The translations under genes were made by a program, and so were the position numbers. Below, in pieces: positions 58,327 to 64,000 of a stretch of 64,000 nucleotides of DNA. Source of the stretch: Clostridia bacterium (GTDB lineage Bacteria; Bacillota; Clostridia; Christensenellales; UBA1242); NCBI GenBank assembly GCA_050872785.1, contig JBNMHO010000002.1, positions 72,165-136,164 of the forward strand. The letters are read 5' to 3'. Under the pieces are notes generated by a model. That model had not been told where the DNA came from. It ran no database searches and saw only the letters and a list, made by a program, of their open reading frames with translations. Position 1 is the first letter of the stretch. Each line of letters starts with the position of its first letter.

Positions 58327-60657
58327 ATGAAAAAAAGAGCAGTCAAGGAAAAAAATGAATTTAAAATAACGAAAGAAAGCAGCCTAGTTTTTATAGCAAA
58401 AATTGTTGGATATTTTGGACTTTTTTATCTGTTTTCAAAGGCAAAAGTTATGGGAAAACTTAGCCCTTGTTTTTATGGAATTTTTCTTGGGTTGTGCTTT
58501 GTTGGTGAAAGTCCTTTTTGTCTTGTGCCAAGTTTTTTCTTTGCAAATGCAATATCAAAAGGCGGGGCAAGTGGACTTATGTTTTCCATAATTTGCAGCG
58601 TTGTGGGAAGTGTTGTTTCTTATCTTTTCAAAAGAAAATGTAAACGTGTTCCAAACTATCTCGCAACTATTTTATCTTGCGTTTTGGGAGTGTGTTACAT
58701 ATATCTTAATGCCTCAACATGGGGCGATGTGTATTATTGTTTGACAGATGTTATGCTTAACACATTATTTATGTTTTGTGTGCTAAATTTTATAAAAATT
58801 ATTTCCGCAAGGAAACTTAATCTTAACTTAAATGTTGATGAAATTGTGTGTGGGGCGCTTGTTCTGGCGATGATTTTCTGTGCGCTTCAAAATGTGAATA
58901 GTTACAGTTTTGACATTGTGAAATTTGTGGGCTTTACACTGATTTTGTTTGCCACAAGCATTGCTCCAAGTTCGTTTGCGGTGGTGATGTCGGTGGTTAT
59001 GGGACTAGGGTGTTTTCTTGCTGCGGGACAACTGGAATACACAACACTCTTTTGCATAACGGCAGTGTTTTGTTATGTGTTCAAAAAGCAAAACAAAGTG
59101 TTCAGTGTAATAGCACTTTTGTGTGTTGATGTGTCGCTCGGACTTTTCTTGAATTTGTTTGGCGAATACAACATTTGGAGCATTGTTTCAAGTGTTGCTG
59201 CAGGCATTGTTTTCCTTGCGGTGCCAAGCGGAATTACATCAAAGTGGAGTGCAAAAATGTTTGTTAAAAAAGAAGAAAATACGCTTAAAAATATGCTCAA
59301 TCAGAACAAACTTCAAACAAGCAAAAAACTACTTTGGACGGCGGAAGTATTTTATGAAATGGATAAGAGTTTTAGAAATATGGTCAAAGGCTCGCTTGAT
59401 AGCAAAAGCGCAAAGGAAATGATTGCAAACGAACTCATAAGAAGCAACTGCGACAGTTGTCCGCAACGGTCAAGATGTTTAAAAGGTTTTTCAGGCGAAC
59501 ATAAAAAGGTTTTTGACTCGCTTACAAACTCGGGCTTTGAAAAGGGTAAGGTAGGGCTTATTGACTTTCCAAGTTTTCTTACCAATCGTTGCAGTAAACT
59601 TAACCAAATTGTGACGGGTCTTAACAGCCTTCTTGAAGACTATAGGTCATATGCAAAACTCAATCAAGATTTGGACAGCAGCAAACTTCTTATTGCAGAA
59701 CAATTAAAAGGCATTTCAAATGTTCTTACAAATTTGTCAAAAGAGTCAAAAGAAACAGTCTGTATGGATACAAAGTTTGAAAAACAAATTATGGAAACTT
59801 TGACCTATAACGACATTGTGCCAAGTGAGGTTGTGTGTTTTGAAAAAGATGAAAAAACAACAGTCGTGTCGATGATTTTGCGTGCGGTGGATTTTGACAA
59901 CGAAAAAATTGCAAAAATTTTAAGTTCTATTTTCCCAAGCAAAATGGTGCTTGACGAAGTGCTTCCAAGTGAGGAAAGTTTGCTTACATATGTTTCCTAC
60001 AAAACAGCCCCAACATATGACATGGCAGTGGGCATTGCAAGTGCAATAAAGGGCGGGAATATGACAAGTGGAGACACTCATTCCTTAACAAAACTTGGTG
60101 GCGAAAAATTTATGCTTGCAATTTGTGACGGCATGGGGTCGGGCGAAAAAGCTCATAGAAAAAGTGAAACTTCTATTAACATAATTGAAAACTTTTATAA
60201 AGCGGGCTATGATGACCAAACAATTTTGTCAAGTGTAAACAACCTTTTGAACCTTGACGGGGATAATGTCTTTTCGGCACTTGACGTGAGCGTTGTTGAC
60301 CTTAAAAACGGTGAAGCAGATTTTATAAAACAAGGGGCAACAGTTGGGTTTATAAAAGGAACAGAAGGTGTGAGCAAAATTGAAAGCAACAGCCTTCCAC
60401 TTGGAGTGCTTGACGAAGTGACCCCTCGTGTGACAAAAACTGTCTTAAGCCCCGAAGATTATGTTGTTATGTTAAGTGACGGAGTGGTGGACAGTTTGGG
60501 GGAAGAAGGTGTGATAGAATTTTTGCAAAACACAAATGCAAAGGGCGCACAAGAAATGGCAGACAACCTTTTAACCTGTGCCAAAAAAGCCCAAAAGAAC
60601 TATCCCCAAGACGATATGACCGTCCTTGTAGGAAAATTGTTTTACTCCTATGCCTAA
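58327..60657 (+). CDS. spoIIE: stage II sporulation protein E (PP2C-type phosphatase)
   Basis: The N-terminal ~320 aa are polytopic membrane. The C-terminal PP2C domain shows FMLAICDGMGSGEKAHRKS, ALDVSVVDLKNGEADFIKQGA, VVMLSDGVVD and DDMTVLVGK. Alternative upstream ATG at 58303. The ATG at 58327 has an AGAGG RBS. Confidence 0.85.
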   Translation: MKKRAVKEKNEFKITKESSLVFIAKIVGYFGLFYLFSKAKVMGKLSPCFYGIFLGLCFVGESPFCLVPSFFFANAISKGGASGLMFSIICSVVGSVVSYLFKRKCKRVPNYLATILSCVLGVCYIYLNASTWGDVYYCLTDVMLNTLFMFCVLNFIKIISARKLNLNLNVDEIVCGALVLAMIFCALQNVNSYSFDIVKFVGFTLILFATSIAPSSFAVVMSVVMGLGCFLAAGQLEYTTLFCITAVFCYVFKKQNKVFSVIALLCVDVSLGLFLNLFGEYNIWSIVSSVAAGIVFLAVPSGITSKWSAKMFVKKEENTLKNMLNQNKLQTSKKLLWTAEVFYEMDKSFRNMVKGSLDSKSAKEMIANELIRSNCDSCPQRSRCLKGFSGEHKKVFDSLTNSGFEKGKVGLIDFPSFLTNRCSKLNQIVTGLNSLLEDYRSYAKLNQDLDSSKLLIAEQLKGISNVLTNLSKESKETVCMDTKFEKQIMETLTYNDIVPSEVVCFEKDEKTTVVSMILRAVDFDNEKIAKILSSIFPSKMVLDEVLPSEESLLTYVSYKTAPTYDMAVGIASAIKGGNMTSGDTHSLTKLGGEKFMLAICDGMGSGEKAHRKSETSINIIENFYKAGYDDQTILSSVNNLLNLDGDNVFSALDVSVVDLKNGEADFIKQGATVGFIKGTEGVSKIESNSLPLGVLDEVTPRVTKTVLSPEDYVVMLSDGVVDSLGEEGVIEFLQNTNAKGAQEMADNLLTCAKKAQKNYPQDDMTVLVGKLFYSYA

Positions 60658-60866
60658 TTATATCTCTCCTATGGGAGAATTAAATACTAGAAATAGTCTT
60701 ACACAACAAGTAAGAAAAAAAAGATATATTTTTCTGTTCTCGTAAAATAATTAGAGAAAAATTTTTAAACAAGCTGAGGAAAGTAAGCACTTTTTGCAAT
60801 GTAATTATGAACTAGAGAAACACTCATTTTAAATAATGGCTTTCTAGGCTTTTTAAACTAAAAAAG

Positions 60867-61037
60867 AGAAAAGATATTCTTTCTTTTTGATACCCCAACA
60901 CATGAGGATAGGAAAAGATATACTTGTTTTTTGACATTTCCTATATATGGGGATAAAAGAAAACATATACTCTTTTTTCTTTGATACTCTCTACACATAG
61001 GAACAAGAGAAAACATATACTCTTTTTTTCTTTGATA
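60867..61037. repeat. four tandem degenerate repeats (period 44-50 bp)
   Basis: The cores are AGAAAAGATATTCTTTCTTTTTGATA (60867), GGAAAAGATATACTTGTTTTTTGACA (60911), AGAAAACATATACTCTTTTTTCTTTGATA (60958) and AGAAAACATATACTCTTTTTTTCTTTGATA (61008). Confidence 0.85.
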
Positions 61038-61097
61038 TCCCCTCGCCCGACTGGGCGAGGGGATATCTCTCTTATAGCCTCCCCTAAGGAGGGGAGG
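61034..61097. other. two GC-rich perfect hairpins/palindromes in an AT-rich spacer
   Basis: GATATCCCCTCGCCC-gact-GGGCGAGGGGATATC (61034-61067) has a 15-bp stem. CCTCCCCT-aagg-AGGGGAGG (61078-61097) follows. Neither is followed by a clean T-run. They may nonetheless terminate spoIIE. Confidence 0.8.
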
Positions 61098-61231
61098 TTT
61101 GGAGGGGTGAACTTGTTTTCTTCCTAAGAATTGTTTTTTGAAAAAAGTCTGTTTTTTCTTTAAGAAATATATTTTTTATATGAAATTGCATATAAAAACA
61201 ATAAATTTCTAAAAATTTTTGCATATAACTA

Positions 61232-61260
61232 TTGAATTTATTTAATTTTTGAGTTATACT
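61232..61260 (+). promoter_or_regulatory. sigma-A promoter candidate placed for a leaderless tilS mRNA
   Basis: TTGAAT (61232-37), a 17-nt spacer, then TATACT (61255-60). The tilS ATG starts at 61268, about +1, and no SD sequence precedes it. Confidence 0.4.
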
Positions 61261-61267
61261 TGCAATC

Positions 61268-62614
61268 ATGGAAAAAGAAGTTTACGAAGTTATCAAAAAA
61301 ACAAAAATGTTTCATGCGGGAGATGTTGTGGGGGTTGCCGTTTCGGGCGGCGCAGACTCCATGGCTCTTTTGCACTTCTTGTTTGAAAACAAGGACAATT
61401 TGGATATTAGCGTTGTGGCAATCACAGTTGACCATATGCTCCGTGGCGAAAAGTCTATGGGTGATGCGTTGTTTGTGAGGACTTGGTGCAAAGAACATGG
61501 AATTCCTTGCCTTGTTTTTACTGTTGATGCGGGAAGAATTGCAAGCGAAAGAAGTGTTGGAATTGAAGACGGTGCAAGGCAAGCAAGATATGAAGTGTTT
61601 GAAAGACTTTTGAAGGAAAACAAAGTTGACAAAATTGCTCTTGCACATCACAAAGGCGACCAAGCGGAAACAATTCTTATGCACATTTTGCGTGGAGCTG
61701 GGCTAAGTGGTGCTGGCGGAATGGACTATATTAGAAATAATTATGTCAGACCTTTCCTTGATGTGTCAAAAGACGATATTGTGCGTTACTGCGGGTCAAA
61801 TTTTGTTGAATATGTGGAAGATGAAACAAACAGCGACATAACATACAACAGAAACTATCTTAGGAATGTTGTCATTCCAGAACTTAAAAAACGTTGGGAA
61901 GGGGCAGAAAACAACATTGTTCAATTTGGCAAAAGTTGCAGAGAAGACAATGAATATATTTTAAGTCACACAAGCCATGACGGAATTATCATTATGGGCG
62001 ACATAGCAAAAGTTCCGCTTATCTACTTCCATTATGCCAAAAGTGTTTCTTCAAGAATAATCTTTGACGCACTTTCAAAAATAAATGTTACAAAGGATAT
62101 TGAAAGAAAACATATCGACATGATTTTTGACCTAGCAGAAAGCGAAAATGGCAAAAAAATTAACCTTCCAAACGGACTTGTTGCACAAAGAGAATACGAC
62201 TATATCACTCTTTATAAAACCCAAAAGAAAATTATTTCAGAAGTGTTCCCAATAAAAACTGGCAAAACTGACTTTGCGGGAATTTATGAAATTTCTGTAA
62301 AACGCACAAATAAACTTGAACCAAGAGAAAATGCTCTTATGATTGACGCCAAAAAAGTGCCAGAAAATGCAGTTTGGCGTGTTAGAAAAGCAGGGGATAG
62401 TTTTACAAAATTTGGCGGCGGGACAAAAACTCTCAAGAATTATCTTATCGACAAGAAAATTCCTCTTCGAGTAAGGGAAACATTGCCTGTCCTTGCAAGC
62501 GGAAATGAAATTTTGTGTATCTTGGGCGTTGAGATTAGTGACAAAGTTAAACTTGACGAAGAAACAAAATTTGCTTATGTCATTTCTAACAAGGCAATTC
62601 AAAACAAAAAGTAA
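61268..62614 (+). CDS. tilS: tRNA(Ile)-lysidine synthase
   Basis: PP-loop VGVAVSGGADSMALLHFL, HHKGDQAETILMHILRG and the C-terminal TilS domain (KKIPLRVRETLPVLASGNEILCILG). Confidence 0.9.
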   Translation: MEKEVYEVIKKTKMFHAGDVVGVAVSGGADSMALLHFLFENKDNLDISVVAITVDHMLRGEKSMGDALFVRTWCKEHGIPCLVFTVDAGRIASERSVGIEDGARQARYEVFERLLKENKVDKIALAHHKGDQAETILMHILRGAGLSGAGGMDYIRNNYVRPFLDVSKDDIVRYCGSNFVEYVEDETNSDITYNRNYLRNVVIPELKKRWEGAENNIVQFGKSCREDNEYILSHTSHDGIIIMGDIAKVPLIYFHYAKSVSSRIIFDALSKINVTKDIERKHIDMIFDLAESENGKKINLPNGLVAQREYDYITLYKTQKKIISEVFPIKTGKTDFAGIYEISVKRTNKLEPRENALMIDAKKVPENAVWRVRKAGDSFTKFGGGTKTLKNYLIDKKIPLRVRETLPVLASGNEILCILGVEISDKVKLDEETKFAYVISNKAIQNKK

Positions 62615-62746
62615 AATCTTTAAAAAAAGTTATCAACAAGAACAAAATTTTATAATATTCACGCTTATGCATAAAGCAAAACAGAAAATAGACGAAAATT
62701 GAATAAAAGTTTGAATTTTTACTCAATTTGGTGAATAAATACACAG

Positions 62747-62776
62747 TTATGCACAAAAGTTATCCACTTATCCACA
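62747..62776 (+). promoter_or_regulatory. cluster of three same-orientation DnaA boxes
   Basis: TTATGCACA (62747), TTATCCACT (62760) and TTATCCACA (62768, perfect consensus). Further one-mismatch boxes are TTATCAACA (62630) and GGTGGATAA (62846, minus strand). An exact Spo0A-box 7-mer TTCGACA lies at 62822-62828. Confidence 0.55.
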
Positions 62777-62848
62777 ATTTGACAACGCAAACATTGTTAC
62801 AAGCGACATTTTATACATTGTTTCGACATTAAATTGCATGGGCTTGGT

Positions 62849-62877
62849 GGATAATTTTTTTTATCATTTGCATACTA
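62849..62877 (+). promoter_or_regulatory. forespore sigma-G-like promoter candidate
   Basis: GGATA (62849-53), a 17-nt spacer, then CATACTA (62871-77). The sigma-G consensus is GHATR-N17/18-CATxHTA. It lies immediately upstream of a GerA-family gene. Confidence 0.3.
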
Positions 62878-62882
62878 CATTT

Positions 62883-64000
62883 ATGGATACTTTGACCGCT
62901 GCCGAAAGGGCAGAAAAATTTAAAAACTTAAATTGTCAAAATGAAGATGTTATTATAAAGACAATAACTGTTGGTGGCAAAAATATGTCACTTGTTTTTG
63001 TTGACGAAATTGCAAACCAGCAAGAAATAAATAAGAGCATTGTCGAGCCACTGTCACTTTATAAAGGTAAAAAGTTTTCGCTTGAGGACTTGCAAAATTC
63101 GGTGGTCTTTCTTTGCAATGGAGAAATTTTGCCAGAAACTGACGCACTTGAAAAACTGCTTAGGGGTTTTGCAATTTTGTTTGTTGACGGGGAAGAAGAA
63201 ACTCTTTGTTTTAACACAGTCTTTTATGAAGGGCGAAGTGTAGAAGAACCACCAACTTCCACCGTTATAAGTGGACCTCGTGAGGGCTTTACGGAAGTTT
63301 TGCGAACCAATGTTGCTTTGATTAGAAAAAGATGTCCGTCAAAAAATTTGAAGATTGAAGAACTTGTTTTGGGAAGCAGGACAAAAACAAGAGTAAATCT
63401 AATCTATTTCAGCGACATTGCAAAAAATGAAGTTGTAAAGGAAATTAAGGATAAATTAAATTCCGTTGAAATTGATGGGGTGATTGATAGTTATTATGTA
63501 ACAAAACTTTTGGAAAATAGACCAAATTCCATTTTTAATCAAGTGGGGAATTGCGAAAAGCCAGACGTCGCGTGTGCAAAACTTCTTGAGGGGAGAGTTG
63601 TTATTCTTGTTGACGGCACGCCAGTTGCACTTACTGTGCCATATCTATTTTTTGAGGACTTTCAAAGTAGCAATGACTACTATTCTGACGCTCATCGTGC
63701 AACTGCTCTTAGGATTATTCGTGTTATGGGAATTTTTATTTCAATTTTTCTCCCCGGCATGTATATTGCACTTCAACTTTATCACTACAAAGTGTTGCCG
63801 ATAAAGTTTCTTGTAACTATTGTCAACACTACTCAAAATTTGCCACTCAATCCGTTTTTGGAAATATTCTTTATCATAGTCCTGTTTGACATTTTGTTTG
63901 AGGCAAGTGTTCGCATGCCGAAGTATCTGGGCATGGCAATTTCCATTGTTGGTGCATTGATTTTGGGTGACACGGCAGTCAAGGCAGGACTTGTAAGCCC
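62883..64000 (+). CDS. spore germination protein, GerA/GerKA family (A subunit), 3'-truncated by window edge
   Basis: The frame is open from 62739 to the window end. VISGPREGFTEVLRTNVALIRKR, EKPDVACAKLLEGRVVILVDGTPVALTVPYLFFEDFQSSNDYY and the following TM region are typical of GerAA-like proteins. The start is uncertain (ATG 62883 or ATG 62838), and there is no SD sequence. Confidence 0.85.
   Translation, partial: MDTLTAAERAEKFKNLNCQNEDVIIKTITVGGKNMSLVFVDEIANQQEINKSIVEPLSLYKGKKFSLEDLQNSVVFLCNGEILPETDALEKLLRGFAILFVDGEEETLCFNTVFYEGRSVEEPPTSTVISGPREGFTEVLRTNVALIRKRCPSKNLKIEELVLGSRTKTRVNLIYFSDIAKNEVVKEIKDKLNSVEIDGVIDSYYVTKLLENRPNSIFNQVGNCEKPDVACAKLLEGRVVILVDGTPVALTVPYLFFEDFQSSNDYYSDAHRATALRIIRVMGIFISIFLPGMYIALQLYHYKVLPIKFLVTIVNTTQNLPLNPFLEIFFIIVLFDILFEASVRMPKYLGMAISIVGALILGDTAVKAGLVS

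Noticed and set aside
61053-61106. G-quadruplex potential of GGGCGAGGGG ... GGAGGGGAGGTTTGGAGGGG.
   Set aside because: The G-runs are already fully paired in two perfect hairpins. The central loop would be about 28 nt, so duplex or hairpin formation is far more likely.
47331-62602. Long antisense ORFs inside housekeeping genes. These are 47331..47888(-), 49608..49955(-), 51404..51793(+), 52302..52667(+), 55540..55983(-), 55730..56185(-), 61238..61684(-) and 62237..62602(-).
   Set aside because: Each is fully embedded opposite a confidently identified gene (sufBD, the surface paralog, DUF1538, leuS/U32, tilS). None has an RBS or a recognisable motif.

Overview
This looks like a low-GC chromosomal segment from a spore-forming Firmicute, probably Clostridia-like. 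All calls come from reading the sequence and the ORF translations; no homology search, HMM scan or folding was run. Coordinates of sub-gene domains are approximate.

Housekeeping genes:
- typA, eno, a minimal sufC/sufBD pair, leuS, a U32 peptidase and a HIT protein.
- Sporulation and germination genes: spoIIE, tilS and a 3'-truncated GerA-family germination receptor gene.
- Three tRNAs on the minus strand: Glu-UUC, Met-CAU and Ala-CGC.

The window is dominated by one uninterrupted 35.2-kb ORF (6737..41929, 11,730 aa). Reading the translation from N to C terminus gives:
- an N/Q-rich cytoplasmic tail;
- a single TM anchor;
- about 3,300 aa of Listeria-Bacteroides (Flg_new) repeats;
- seven Pmp-like (FxxN / GGAIY) beta-helix modules, interleaved with more Flg_new runs and one BspA-type LRR block;
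- a DnaJ-type CxxCxGxG zinc finger;
- an orphan C-terminal domain of about 257 aa.

Two small Flg_new surface-protein paralogs lie downstream. Each is divergent from a tRNA promoter. One is split by a G9 homopolymer; a G8 tract would restore the frame.

Unexplained non-coding features:
- a perfectly nested 81-nt four-way junction between two divergent promoters (49348..49428);
- a region of hairpin-plus-octamer repeats bounded by 24-bp direct repeats, next to the tRNA-Glu/Met operon;
- an 11-bp tandem repeat after the giant gene;
- 44-50-bp tandem repeats with GC-rich perfect palindromes between spoIIE and tilS;
- consensus DnaA boxes clustered in two intergenic regions.

A fused double-DUF1538 membrane protein with two P-II-like proteins forms an uncharacterised putative transport/signalling operon. 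I found no CRISPR array, transposase, integrase or recognisable defence gene.
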